Below, in pieces: positions 1 to 10,147 of a stretch of 64,000 bases of DNA. The stretch is from Candidatus Heimdallarchaeota archaeon (GTDB taxonomy: Archaea > Asgardarchaeota > Heimdallarchaeia > Heimdallarchaeales > Heimdallarchaeaceae). The notes under the pieces were generated by a model. That model did no database searches. It was not told where the DNA came from and worked only from the letters and a program-made list of their open reading frames with translations. The position numbers were made by a program, and so were the translations under genes. The stretch covers positions 1 through 64,000 of the forward strand of contig JABCTC010000011.1 of the NCBI GenBank assembly GCA_018238545.1, written 5' to 3'. Each line of letters begins with the position of its first letter. Within the stretch, counting starts at the first letter, position 1.

Positions 1-32
1 TGGGAAACAGCAGCTACAGCAGCTAAAACATA

Positions 33-728
33 ATGGATGCTTATAACTTCACTCAATATAATTCAAAAGCTATTCAAGACAGTATTTCTTTATTAGAAGA
101 AAAGAACTGTTATATAAAATGTAATATAAATCTTGAAGATAATGTTAAATTTATGTCTGGTCTTGAAAAGTTAGCTGAATATGCTATTGCTGATTGTTTT
201 ACTATGGATAATGAAATTCATTTCAAGGCTTGGAAACCATTCACAGGTGGAGTTTCTATTTATCTTGCTGAAAAAGATATACGAAAATCATTGAAAGTAT
301 ATTCATTAGCTGAGAAGGAACTGGTGAATGATTATAGGATTTCTTATATAGGGGGAACAGCAATCGATGAAGATAATAATAATATAGGTCAAGTAAGTAG
401 ATCAGATGTATGGTATGGAATTCAAGATTCAAATGAAATTGACGGAAGTGTTGAGAATGAAATTCAAATCAAAGATTTAACAAGTGCTATTTATATTGGT
501 GAGACATTGATGAGAAGAACTCATATTAATTTAGAAACTCAACCAAGACCTCCAGAGACAATAGCTTTCACTATACCAATTCAATTTAGATATGTGGTTA
601 CATTGAATACTTATTTTAAATTAACTTTTTCAGATGAAGGATGGACAGAGAAATTATTTGAACCTTTCACTGTTGAAAAAGATGAAGACCGAAATGAAAT
701 GAAGATAATTGCAATGGAGGTAGAATAA
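33..728 (+). CDS. Hypothetical protein, possibly viral tail/baseplate-like
   Basis: 231-aa ORF coupled by TAATG overlaps at both ends (31-35, 726-730), i.e. tight virus-like packing; no diagnostic motif. Confidence 0.4.
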   Translation: MDAYNFTQYNSKAIQDSISLLEEKNCYIKCNINLEDNVKFMSGLEKLAEYAIADCFTMDNEIHFKAWKPFTGGVSIYLAEKDIRKSLKVYSLAEKELVNDYRISYIGGTAIDEDNNNIGQVSRSDVWYGIQDSNEIDGSVENEIQIKDLTSAIYIGETLMRRTHINLETQPRPPETIAFTIPIQFRYVVTLNTYFKLTFSDEGWTEKLFEPFTVEKDEDRNEMKIIAMEVE

Positions 729-838
729 TGCAAGGCTCGATTGATACAACTAATTTTCAACATAGATTGAAAGGACTTGAATCTTTTGATGATTGGCATG
801 AAATAGGAGCAGCAGGAGAACCTGCTAATAGTTTGTAA
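728..838 (+). pseudogene. Truncated ORF (MQGSIDTTNFQHRLKGLESFDDWHEIGAAGEPANSL*), possible tail-fibre-like fragment
   Basis: Starts at the TAATG overlap and runs into the opposite-strand repeat gene; WHEIGAAGEPA recalls phage tail-fibre-like motifs (from memory, unverified). Confidence 0.3.
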
Positions 839-2004
839 AAGATGTCCCAATCAGTTCCAGCACCAGCAAAATCAGTTATATCTTCCCAAGCTATATACAC
901 ATTGCCAACAGAATCAACTGCAAGAGAAGAATAGAAAGACTTAGCTGTAATTTCGGTGGAAACAACTTCTGTAATAGTCCAAGAGGAGGAAGAGTCCCAG
1001 CATTTGTAGAAAATATCTAAATCTGGTCCAGCTCCAGCATAATCAGTCCAATCATGCCATGCTATATAAATATTACCAGTATAATCAACTGCAAGAGAAG
1101 GAAAGTGAGAATCAGCTGTACTTTCTGTAGAAACAACTTCTGTCGCGGTCCATGAGGAGGAAGAAGCTTCCCAGCATTTGTAGAATATATCCTTATCTGT
1201 TCCAGCTCCAGCATAATCAGTCCAATCATGCCATGTTATATAGATATTACCAGTATAATCAACTGCAAGAGAAGGAAAGTAAGAAGTACTTGTACTTTCT
1301 GTAGAAACAACTTCTGTCGCGGTCCATGAGGAGGAAGAAGCATCCCAGCGTTTGTGGAAGATATCTGGATCCATTCCAGCTCCAGCATAATCGGTATCAT
1401 CCCGCCACGTTATATGAATATTCCCTGCAGAATCAACAGCAAGAGAAGGATGCCAAGAATCACCTGTACTTTCTGTAGAAACGACTTCTGTCGCGGTCCA
1501 TGAGGAGGAAGAAGCTTCCCAGCGTTTGTAGAAGATATCCGCATCTGATCCAGCTCCAGCATAATCAGTTAAATCCCGCCACGCTATATAGATATTACCA
1601 GCAGAATCAACTGCAAGAGAAGGATATTGAGAATGACCTGTACTTTCGGTGGAAACCACCTCTGTTGTGGTCCAGGAGGAGGAAGAGTTCCAGCGTTTGT
1701 AGAAAATATCCATATCTGTTCCCGCACCATTATAATCAGTCCAATCTTCCCACGCTATATGAATATTCCCTGCAGAATCAACAGCATGAGAAGGATACTC
1801 AGACCAACCTGTACTTTCGGTGGATACGACTTCCGTAGTACTCCATTTCCAATCAGTTCTATCAAAGGGATCTGTGTTGTATTGATTATGTGTTTTATCT
1901 AATGGCGTTTTTACGCTAGAAGTATTAAGAGAAGAAGAGCTTATTAAAAAAACAATAAGAAGAATACTTAAAACTATAGATGGTTTATTTTTTTTCTTTT
2001 TCAT
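757..2004 (-). CDS. Secreted/membrane-anchored repeat protein, probable beta-propeller; C-terminus may be truncated
   Basis: Basic N-terminus plus hydrophobic signal; six 58-59-aa repeats WTxTEVVSTESTxxSxxPSLAVDxxGNIxIxWxDxTDYAGAGxDxDIFYK. Confidence 0.75.
   Translation of the reverse strand: MKKKKNKPSIVLSILLIVFLISSSSLNTSSVKTPLDKTHNQYNTDPFDRTDWKWSTTEVVSTESTGWSEYPSHAVDSAGNIHIAWEDWTDYNGAGTDMDIFYKRWNSSSSWTTTEVVSTESTGHSQYPSLAVDSAGNIYIAWRDLTDYAGAGSDADIFYKRWEASSSSWTATEVVSTESTGDSWHPSLAVDSAGNIHITWRDDTDYAGAGMDPDIFHKRWDASSSSWTATEVVSTESTSTSYFPSLAVDYTGNIYITWHDWTDYAGAGTDKDIFYKCWEASSSSWTATEVVSTESTADSHFPSLAVDYTGNIYIAWHDWTDYAGAGPDLDIFYKCWDSSSSWTITEVVSTEITAKSFYSSLAVDSVGNVYIAWEDITDFAGAGTDWDIFYKLLAGSPAAPISCQSSKDSSPFNLC
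835..1848 (-). repeat. Six intragenic tandem repeats of about 174-177 bp
   Basis: Near-identical recurring DNA blocks such as tactttctgtagaaac..cttctgtcgcggtccatgaggaggaagaagc. Confidence 0.85.
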
Positions 2005-2331
2005 AATATAACCTTTTTTTTAATTATTATTTCGTTCAAGTTCAAACGAAATTTTTCATATTGTGTACAATAGGTGTGAAAAATAAAAGCATTTTCCCTT
2101 TAGTTCAGATTTACCTCTAATTTTCTTTCTCCTTTAACCACCAAAAAAGACAAAATTACAGATGGAAAATAATGTTTTTCACAAATTACTCAAAACAGAT
2201 TCATGCTCTAGAACAATATTTATTTAAGATTTTGGAGCATTTTTCTTTCTCCATAAGTTTATAAAGATACCTTGAGAGTTCTACTAGATTACAGTGTTGT
2301 TCACAGAATTACATTGTAAACTGAAATAAAC

Positions 2332-2760
2332 TTGGATATGGTAAATATGAAAATAGAATTTGAACCTAAATTATTCTTTTGGATTACTGCTGTTGTTGCC
2401 GGTGCCTTTGGTTTAGCTTTCATCTTTGGACCACAATTCATGTACGAGCTAATTGGTTTCTCCTCTGATGCAGATGGCTATCTGATGGTACGATTCTTTG
2501 GTTTAATGGTTTTGGGCGTAAGTATCCTCACCTTTTGGGCTAGAAACTCCGAACTTTCTCAAACAAGAGAAGCAATTATACTCATGCTAACAGTTTGTTA
2601 CACTTTGATGACAATAACACATTTGCTTGTGATGTTTATACGAGGACCACCTCTACTAACAAATGTTTGGCTATGGATTGTTGTAGTTCTACATCTCAGC
2701 TTAGTAGGAATCTATGGATACTTCTTAATAAGAGACTGGAAAAAAGTGAGAGCGTTATAA
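2332..2760 (+). CDS. Small four-TM membrane protein
   Basis: Four hydrophobic segments; true start may be ATG 2338 or 2347. Confidence 0.7.
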   Translation: MDMVNMKIEFEPKLFFWITAVVAGAFGLAFIFGPQFMYELIGFSSDADGYLMVRFFGLMVLGVSILTFWARNSELSQTREAIILMLTVCYTLMTITHLLVMFIRGPPLLTNVWLWIVVVLHLSLVGIYGYFLIRDWKKVRAL

Positions 2761-2950
2761 TTCTAGAGAAGAAGGAATCACTATTATGTATTCTTTCATT
2801 TTCTTTTCTAAAAATCTTAAATGAGATAATGTCTTCTATTTGACAAATTTCTATGAATTTATCCGTAAATCTAAATTATTGGAACTATTCCCAGCTTATG
2901 TTATACACATTTCCCGCAAAATTCATATGACATATATAGTAATGTTATCC

Positions 2951-4243
2951 ATGAAGGCTATAATCAATGTGAAAATATATGATTATGAAACCTATATTGA
3001 AAACGGTTTTTGTATTTATGGTAAAGAGATCAACGCAGTCGGAAATATGAAGAATTTTCCTGATTTTGATGGTGAAATTATTGACGGTAAGAACAAAATT
3101 CTCCTTCCAGGACTTATCAATTCTCACACCCATATCTATTCTACACTTGTTCGAGGAGCTTCCATTCCTTTTAATCCTAAGAGCTTTAGAGATATCTTAG
3201 AACAACTTTGGTGGAAGTTCGACAGTAAGCTTGACAATGAAACTACTTACCATAGTGCTATGGTTTACGGTATAGAATCTTTGAAAAACGGTGTTACATC
3301 ACTTATTGATCATCACGCAAGTGGTATTGATATTTTAGGTAGTCTTGGAGAGCTAAAGAAAGCTATTGTCGATACTCTTGGTATGCGTGGTATTTTCTGT
3401 TTTGAAACTAGTGATCGTTTTAATATTGATAAATGTATAAAAGAAAATCAAGCTGGACTGAATTACGATTCATCCGATGCAAAAGGAATGTTTGGTCTTC
3501 ATGCCTCAATGAGTCTCTCTGAAGAAACTCTTAACAAAGTAAGCGATGTGATTGGAAGTGCTCCAATTCACGTTCATATTGCAGAAAGTAAAGAGGACGA
3601 AGATGACTCTTTAGAGAAATATAACATGACTGTTGTAGATCGTTATCTAAAACATAATCTTCTGAATCCCGATTCGATTCTTGCTCATTGTGTTCACATT
3701 AATGAAGATGAAGCGAAAATTATAAGTGAAAAGAAAACTGTCATCGCTCTCAACCCAACTTCAAACATGAACAATGCTGTTGGCTCATTTAATATAGATA
3801 TTTTCCGAAACAACAATATTCCGATAATTATTGGAAATGATGGTCTTGGCACTAATATTGCTAAAGAATGGACCTATTTCTTCTTCGCTGGTAAAGCAGG
3901 TATCAATGATCCTGTTGGCATAGGATTTGATGAACTATTAAGTTACATTAATGGTTCCTATGATTACTTTGGTAGAAGAATGGGAATAAAAATAGGTAAA
4001 ATTAAGAAGGGTTATGTTGCTGATTTTGTGCTTGTTCCTTATCTTAATCCAACGGACATGGACGAAAACAATGCTTTTGGTCATGTTTTCTTTGGTTTGT
4101 TTGACAATTTCAAACCCTCTTGCGTGATAGTTAAAGGTAAAACTCTCATAGAGAATTACAAGAGCATATTTGATGAGGAAACGTTATATAAGAACGCTCG
4201 AATGGCTTCTCAAGCCTTATGGAAAAGGCTAGGTGACACTTAA
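2951..4243 (+). CDS. ssnA: SsnA-like metal-dependent amidohydrolase
   Basis: PGLINSHTHIYS, DHHAS, GLHAS, HVHIAES, AHCVH, NPTSNMNNAVG, GNDG motifs; ATG 2951 preferred over ORF start 2840. Confidence 0.8.
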   Translation: MKAIINVKIYDYETYIENGFCIYGKEINAVGNMKNFPDFDGEIIDGKNKILLPGLINSHTHIYSTLVRGASIPFNPKSFRDILEQLWWKFDSKLDNETTYHSAMVYGIESLKNGVTSLIDHHASGIDILGSLGELKKAIVDTLGMRGIFCFETSDRFNIDKCIKENQAGLNYDSSDAKGMFGLHASMSLSEETLNKVSDVIGSAPIHVHIAESKEDEDDSLEKYNMTVVDRYLKHNLLNPDSILAHCVHINEDEAKIISEKKTVIALNPTSNMNNAVGSFNIDIFRNNNIPIIIGNDGLGTNIAKEWTYFFFAGKAGINDPVGIGFDELLSYINGSYDYFGRRMGIKIGKIKKGYVADFVLVPYLNPTDMDENNAFGHVFFGLFDNFKPSCVIVKGKTLIENYKSIFDEETLYKNARMASQALWKRLGDT

Positions 4244-5317
4244 ATGGATCTTTCAGTAAAAATTCTTGGTTTGTATTTTGAAAATCCTCTTGGTCCAGCA
4301 GCTGGTCCTATTGTAGAAGGGCTTGAAAATATGCTGTTCTTCAATAATAACACATGTGGTTTTAATGTTGCAAAGACTATTTCTGTTGAAGGAGCTATTG
4401 TTCCTAAACCATGTATTGCGGGAACTTCAAATACTATCTACAATTGTGAACTTTGGTCTGAGTTGCATTCAGATGTCTGGATAAATGAAATTCTTCCAAC
4501 TATTCACAAAGATAAGAAAAAACCTTTAATCATCAGTGCTGGTTACAAAGAAGAAGATTTTAGATATCTTATTCCAAAACTTGATCCTTTTGCAGATATG
4601 TTTGAAATTTCAACTCACTATGTTAAAGAAAATCTCGCAGGTATAGTAAAAAGTATCCGAGAAAATACTGACAAACCTATTTTTATGAAACTCAGTCCAC
4701 ATGTTGACGATTACCTTGGTTTCGTAAAAACTGTACTAGATGCTGGAGCAACAGGTATAGTTGCAATCAACTCATTAGGACCAGGAACAGCTATAGATCT
4801 AGATAATCGTTCAGTGCTCTTAGCTGAAGAAATATGGATGAGTGGTCCAGCAATCAAACCGATAGCACTTCATCGAGTATATAAGATACGCAAAGCTTTT
4901 CCAGATATTCCAATAATCGGCGTAGGGGGGATTGGGTCAGCTAAGGACGTTCTGGAATTTATTTTAGCGGGGGCTGATCTTGTACAGATGCTTTCTGCAG
5001 CACTTATCAAAGGCAGAAAATTATATGGTAAAATCATAGCAGATCTCCCCAAAGCACTTGAAAAATTTGGCTTTTCATCAATCGAAGAGATTAGGAAAAT
5101 CAGAAAGGAAACTATTTTCAAGGATATAGTTAAAGCTGTAGATAACTATCCCTCTTTCAACGAAAAGTGTAACATGTGTGGTCTCTGTGTTCGTATATGT
5201 CCAGCTGGAGCTTTATCTGAGGCAGAAACCATAATCGTAGATAAAGAGAAATGTATACACTGTGGATTATGTGAATCACGTTGTCCCCAGGATGCAATAT
5301 ATGGAGTGCTAAAATGA
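4244..5317 (+). CDS. Dihydroorotate/dihydropyrimidine dehydrogenase-family flavoprotein (PreA-like) with C-terminal 2x[4Fe-4S] ferredoxin
   Basis: NPLGPAAGP, KLSP, SGPAIKP, IIGVGGI, AGADLVQ; two CxxCxxCxxxCP motifs. Confidence 0.8.
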   Translation: MDLSVKILGLYFENPLGPAAGPIVEGLENMLFFNNNTCGFNVAKTISVEGAIVPKPCIAGTSNTIYNCELWSELHSDVWINEILPTIHKDKKKPLIISAGYKEEDFRYLIPKLDPFADMFEISTHYVKENLAGIVKSIRENTDKPIFMKLSPHVDDYLGFVKTVLDAGATGIVAINSLGPGTAIDLDNRSVLLAEEIWMSGPAIKPIALHRVYKIRKAFPDIPIIGVGGIGSAKDVLEFILAGADLVQMLSAALIKGRKLYGKIIADLPKALEKFGFSSIEEIRKIRKETIFKDIVKAVDNYPSFNEKCNMCGLCVRICPAGALSEAETIIVDKEKCIHCGLCESRCPQDAIYGVLK

Positions 5318-6525
5318 ACAATCACATATTGAAATGTATAACTTGTAAGAAAGAATTTGATCCAAAACCCGGTCTCTATTATTGTGAAGATTGTGGTCAG
5401 ATTATGGGTACCTTAGAAGTAATCTATGATTACGAGACTATCAAAGAGAAATCAAATATCAAAGATATGAAATTCGATAAAAAAGCTTCCATGTATCAAT
5501 TTAATTTTCTACTACCAACAGAATCAAAATTGAAGTTTGATGAATATGTAGGAGGCACTCCATTGTATAAATTTGACCTTCTTGGAATCAAGGATGTTCT
5601 TCTAAAATACGATGGCTCCAACCCCTCTAGTTCATACAAAGACAGAGCAAGCTCTATAGCTATTAATAGAGCTCTTGAAGAAGGAAATGATACTGTCTTC
5701 TGTGCTTCAACTGGCAATGCGGCAGCATCTCTTGCGATGCTAAATGCTCAAACTAAAATGGAAACATACATCTTTGTTCCATCAACTATCCCTAATGGGA
5801 AGCGAGCTCAACTCGAGATATCGGGGGCAGAGGTTATGGCAGTGGAAGGAACCTATGATGAAGTCTATGATTTGTCTCTGGAATTAGGTTTGAAGAAAGG
5901 GTGGTACTGCAGAAGTGCTGCAATTAATCCATATTTATTGGAAGGAAAAAAAACTGGAGCATTTGAAATAATAATTCAAAACGATTTCAATGTACCAGAT
6001 TATGTTCTTATTGGTGTAGGAGATGGAACAGTAATTAGCTCTCTTTACAAAGGATTTTGGGAATTCAAAGAAATAGGTCTGACAGATAAGATTCCCCGTA
6101 TTATTGGAGTTCAAGCTGAAGGTATACCAGCGATAAAGAAAGTATTTGATAAAGGTAAACCCTACATACCTCAAACTATCGAGGGTAATACTGTTGCTGA
6201 TAGTATCTCTGTTGGTAAACCACGTGATGTCATTAAAGCGTGTACCTATATTGAAGCATGCAATGGTTATTTCATCACTCTTACAGACGAAGAAATTTTA
6301 GATGCCATAATCGAATTAGGAAAAGAGACTGGGTTATTTGCTGAACCAGCTGGAGTAGTTCCTTATGGTGGGCTGAAAAAGCTTATTTATGAAGGAAAAA
6401 TAACCAAATCAGATACTGTTTGCCTTGTCATAACCGGTAATGGTCTCAAAGATGTTAATGCAGTTGAAGGTTTGATAAACACAGAATCTTTAACAGTTAA
6501 AGATTTAGAAAAAAGGTTTGAATGA
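5314..6525 (+). CDS. Threonine synthase-like PLP enzyme
   Basis: N-terminal CxxC..CxxC, NPSSSYKDR (PLP Lys), ASTGN, EGKKT, VGDG, EPAG, TGNGLKD; ATGA overlap with upstream gene. Confidence 0.85.
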   Translation: MNNHILKCITCKKEFDPKPGLYYCEDCGQIMGTLEVIYDYETIKEKSNIKDMKFDKKASMYQFNFLLPTESKLKFDEYVGGTPLYKFDLLGIKDVLLKYDGSNPSSSYKDRASSIAINRALEEGNDTVFCASTGNAAASLAMLNAQTKMETYIFVPSTIPNGKRAQLEISGAEVMAVEGTYDEVYDLSLELGLKKGWYCRSAAINPYLLEGKKTGAFEIIIQNDFNVPDYVLIGVGDGTVISSLYKGFWEFKEIGLTDKIPRIIGVQAEGIPAIKKVFDKGKPYIPQTIEGNTVADSISVGKPRDVIKACTYIEACNGYFITLTDEEILDAIIELGKETGLFAEPAGVVPYGGLKKLIYEGKITKSDTVCLVITGNGLKDVNAVEGLINTESLTVKDLEKRFE

Positions 6526-7886
6526 TGAAATTTATTCTTAACCAAGAAATAATAGAAATAGATGAACCATTAGGTAGCTCTACACTTGATTTCCTAAGAA
6601 ATAAAGGTGTGAAAGGAGTTAAAGAAGCCTGTCATGAAGGAGATTGTGGGGCATGTATGATTCTTGTAGGAAAACTAAAAGATGACGAGTTAGTTTATCG
6701 CGCAGTCACATCTTGTATACTTCCGCTTGGAGAAGTTGAAGGCAAACATGTAGTTACAATTGAGGGGTTAAATCAGAAAGAGTTGAACCCTATCCAGCAA
6801 GCTCTTGTCGATACAGGAGGGGTGCAATGTGGGTATTGCACACCAGGATTTGTTATAAGCCTTACTGGTCATTTTATGAATAGTGAGCTTGAAAATGATA
6901 ATATTCTTACAGCTATTGAAGGTAATGTTTGCAGATGTACAGGACATGCTTCAATTATACGTGCTGCAAATCTTCTATCAGACAAGTATTCATCAGTAAA
7001 AGAATCTAAACAACAGTGGACAAAAGCTCTTATTGATGTTAGAATTCTTCCTTCATACTTCTCAAATATAGCAGATAGATTGAGAGAGTTGAAAAAAACA
7101 CCTCAACAAACTAAAGGTAGATTTATCGCTGGAGGGACAGATCTCCTTGTACAGAATGAATCAATTGAAAATCCTGTATTTTTATCAGAGATGAATCTAG
7201 CCAATATTTGGTCGGATGCGAATTATATTTATGTTGGAGCAATGGCAAACACAGAAAAAATACGCTTATCTACAGATTTGAACAAGGTTCTAGACATAAA
7301 GAATCATCTTTTTACAGTATCTTCGCTACCCATCAGAAAACAAGCAACTATTGGTGGGAACATAGTAAATGCTTCACCTATCGGAGATCTAACGATATAC
7401 TTTCTTGCACTTGATGCAGATATTAGTATCCTAAATGGTGAAACAAGTAGAATAATCAAACTCAAAGATTTTTACAAGGGATACAAAATTTTAGACCTTG
7501 AAAAAGGAGAAATACTTGAATGGGTTAGAATCAGAAATGAGGAGAAACTTTTTTCGTTCGAAAAAGTAGCTAAAAGAGAACATCTTGATATTGCAAGTAC
7601 CAACAGTGCTCTTTCATTAACTTTAGAAGGAAAAATAATCAAAGATATTCATTTATCTGCGGGGGGTGTTGGACCAATTCCAATGCATTTAGATAAAGCC
7701 TCATCCTTTCTTGAGAATAAAAAAATAGATGCTTCAATAATAAAGGAAGCTGCACTAATAGCACTGACAGAGATCAGTCCAATTGATGATGTTAGAGGTT
7801 CAGCTAAATACAAGAGTTTACTATTACAACAATTAATCTATGCTCACTTTCTGAAGCTATTTCCTGAAATGGAGGAATTAATATGA
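6522..7886 (+). CDS. xdhA: Xanthine dehydrogenase small subunit (2x[2Fe-2S] + FAD)
   Basis: KEACHEGDCGAC, QCGYCTPG, GNVCRCTG, AGGTDL, ATIGGNIVNASPIGD. Confidence 0.9.
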   Translation: MMKFILNQEIIEIDEPLGSSTLDFLRNKGVKGVKEACHEGDCGACMILVGKLKDDELVYRAVTSCILPLGEVEGKHVVTIEGLNQKELNPIQQALVDTGGVQCGYCTPGFVISLTGHFMNSELENDNILTAIEGNVCRCTGHASIIRAANLLSDKYSSVKESKQQWTKALIDVRILPSYFSNIADRLRELKKTPQQTKGRFIAGGTDLLVQNESIENPVFLSEMNLANIWSDANYIYVGAMANTEKIRLSTDLNKVLDIKNHLFTVSSLPIRKQATIGGNIVNASPIGDLTIYFLALDADISILNGETSRIIKLKDFYKGYKILDLEKGEILEWVRIRNEEKLFSFEKVAKREHLDIASTNSALSLTLEGKIIKDIHLSAGGVGPIPMHLDKASSFLENKKIDASIIKEAALIALTEISPIDDVRGSAKYKSLLLQQLIYAHFLKLFPEMEELI

Positions 7887-10126
7887 AAAATGATCTTACA
7901 CCTCCACATACACGAGGAGAATCAATATTCGTTGATGATATCCCTGAACCCGAGAACTTACTACACGCTGCTGTTTTTGCATCAAATATTGCTCATGGTA
8001 AAATAGCTAATTTGGATATATCAGAAGCTGAGAAATCTGAAGGAGTTTGCAGAATATTAATAGCGAAAGACATTCCCGGAGAAAATCAGATAGGGGGAGT
8101 AATACAAGATGAAGAACTCCTTGCTGATGAAGTGGCAGACTTTATTGGACAACCTGTTGCAATAATCCTAGCTGAAACAAAAAAACAGGCAAGAGAAGCT
8201 CTTACTAAAATAAAGATAACTTATGAAGAATTACCTGCAATCTTTGATCCTCGAGAAGCGGCCAAGAAAGGCTCGTTAATTGCCCCTTCGCGAACATTTA
8301 CCCTTGGCGATGTTGATTCTGTATGGGAAAAATGCGCCACAGTAGTAGAAGGTCGAGCTGATTCTGGAGGACAAGAGCACATATATTTTGAAACACAAAG
8401 TGCATTAGCTATCCCAGGTGAAAGTGGAAGAATAACAATTTATTCAAGCACTCAATCTCCTACACTTGTTCAAAGAATAACAGCACGTATCCTTGGTTAT
8501 GATATGAACCTAATTGAAGTGGATGTGAAGAGACTAGGAGGAGCTTTTGGTGGTAAGGAGGATCAAGCTAATCCATGGGCTGCCTTCTGCGCTCTAGGTG
8601 CCTATCATACTGGTCGTCCAGTTAAACTAGTTCTAGGTAGAACTGAAGACATGCAAATGACTGGCAAGCGTCATCCTTACTCAACTGATTACAAAATAGG
8701 GCTCAATGAAGAAGGAAAAATTCTTGCATTTGAAGCTGATTATTATCAGAATTCAGGCGCAAGTGCTGACCTCTCTACAGCTATTCTTGGACGAACTATG
8801 TTCCATGCAACTAATGTTTACTACGTACCTAATGTGCGAATAACAGCTTATCCTTGTAAAACTAACCTCGCACCATTTACAGCTTTCAGGGGTTTTGGAG
8901 CGCCTCAGGGGATGTTTGTTATGGAATGCGCATTATCTCATGCTGCAGATATTACAGATATACCTATTTCAGTTTTACAAAAAAAGAATTTACTCGAAGA
9001 AGGGGATCAATTTCCTTACGGTATGCGCATTGAAAGGTCTCAGATAAAGAGAAGTTTTGATGAAGTTGTTTTAAATTCTAAATATGAAGAACTGAAGAAT
9101 AAACAGGAAATATTTAACGAGAAACATCGATTTACTAAAAAAGGAATAGCTATCATGCCCGTTTGCTTTGGAATATCATTCACAACCACAATGTTAAATC
9201 AAGCTGGGGCACTTGTTCACATCTATACTGATGGTAGCGTCAGCATAAGCACAGGAGCAATTGAAATGGGACAAGGCGTGAATATGAAAATCAGGACAAT
9301 TGCTGCTCATGCTTTATCGATCAATATTAATCGAATTCGTATTGAAAGCACAAATACAACTCGTGTTGCTAATACATCACCAACAGCTGCTAGTAGTGGT
9401 TCTGACCTTAATGGTAAAGCAGCAGAAATAGCTTGCACCAAAATAATAGAGAGATTAAGAAATTTGGTTTCTGAAAAATTGGGTAGTGGATTGATAACCA
9501 TTAAAGATGAGATTATCTACTCTGAAGGAAAGAAAGTAGATATTACTTGGGAAGAACTCATATGGTTAGCTTATACGAAAAGAATAAATCTCTCTGCTCA
9601 AGCACTTTATGCTACACCAAGAATCTATTTCGATAAAAAGAAGGAGAAGGGAAGACCATTTGGTTACCATGTTTACGGAACAGCTGTTACAGAGGTAACA
9701 GTCGATTGTCTTAGAGGAACATATGTTGTAGATAAGGTGCATATTGTTCATGATGCTGGCAGAAGTTTAAACTATCTAATTGATATTGGTCAAACAGAGG
9801 GAGGATTATTGCAAGGAATCGGTTGGATGACAATTGAAGAGTTAGTTTATGATAATGGAAAACTTCTTTCTAGTGCTCTTGCAACTTACAAGTTTCCAGA
9901 CCTTCACTTTACACCAGAAATTGATGTGACTTTTCTTGAAGATGCTGATAATCCTGAAGCTGTGATGAAATCAAAGGCTATTGGAGAACCACCGTTTATG
10001 TATGGAATCGGGACTTACTTTGCACTAAAGAATGCTGCTAGGTCATTTCGCAAAGATAAGGAGTGGGAATATTCTTCTCCTCTTACACCAGAAAAACTCT
10101 TACTCTATCTTCATGAATTGGAGTAA
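7883..10126 (+). CDS. xdhB: Xanthine dehydrogenase molybdopterin-binding subunit
   Basis: GGQEHIYFE, RLGGAFGGKE, AFRGFGAPQ, EMGQG, SKAIGEPP (catalytic Glu). Confidence 0.92.
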   Translation: MKNDLTPPHTRGESIFVDDIPEPENLLHAAVFASNIAHGKIANLDISEAEKSEGVCRILIAKDIPGENQIGGVIQDEELLADEVADFIGQPVAIILAETKKQAREALTKIKITYEELPAIFDPREAAKKGSLIAPSRTFTLGDVDSVWEKCATVVEGRADSGGQEHIYFETQSALAIPGESGRITIYSSTQSPTLVQRITARILGYDMNLIEVDVKRLGGAFGGKEDQANPWAAFCALGAYHTGRPVKLVLGRTEDMQMTGKRHPYSTDYKIGLNEEGKILAFEADYYQNSGASADLSTAILGRTMFHATNVYYVPNVRITAYPCKTNLAPFTAFRGFGAPQGMFVMECALSHAADITDIPISVLQKKNLLEEGDQFPYGMRIERSQIKRSFDEVVLNSKYEELKNKQEIFNEKHRFTKKGIAIMPVCFGISFTTTMLNQAGALVHIYTDGSVSISTGAIEMGQGVNMKIRTIAAHALSININRIRIESTNTTRVANTSPTAASSGSDLNGKAAEIACTKIIERLRNLVSEKLGSGLITIKDEIIYSEGKKVDITWEELIWLAYTKRINLSAQALYATPRIYFDKKKEKGRPFGYHVYGTAVTEVTVDCLRGTYVVDKVHIVHDAGRSLNYLIDIGQTEGGLLQGIGWMTIEELVYDNGKLLSSALATYKFPDLHFTPEIDVTFLEDADNPEAVMKSKAIGEPPFMYGIGTYFALKNAARSFRKDKEWEYSSPLTPEKLLLYLHELE

Positions 10127-10147
10127 TAAATCAAAACTAAAGTAAAG

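Noticed and set aside
835-1848. Regularly spaced repeats as a CRISPR array or DGR template
   Set aside because: Units are ~175 bp, in frame and protein-coding; no unique spacers, cas genes or reverse transcriptase in the window.
2840-2950. N-terminal extension of the SsnA-like ORF (likewise 5281, 48931 and 52166 starts)
   Set aside because: Family motifs begin at later ATGs; the extensions overlap promoter-like or upstream coding sequence.
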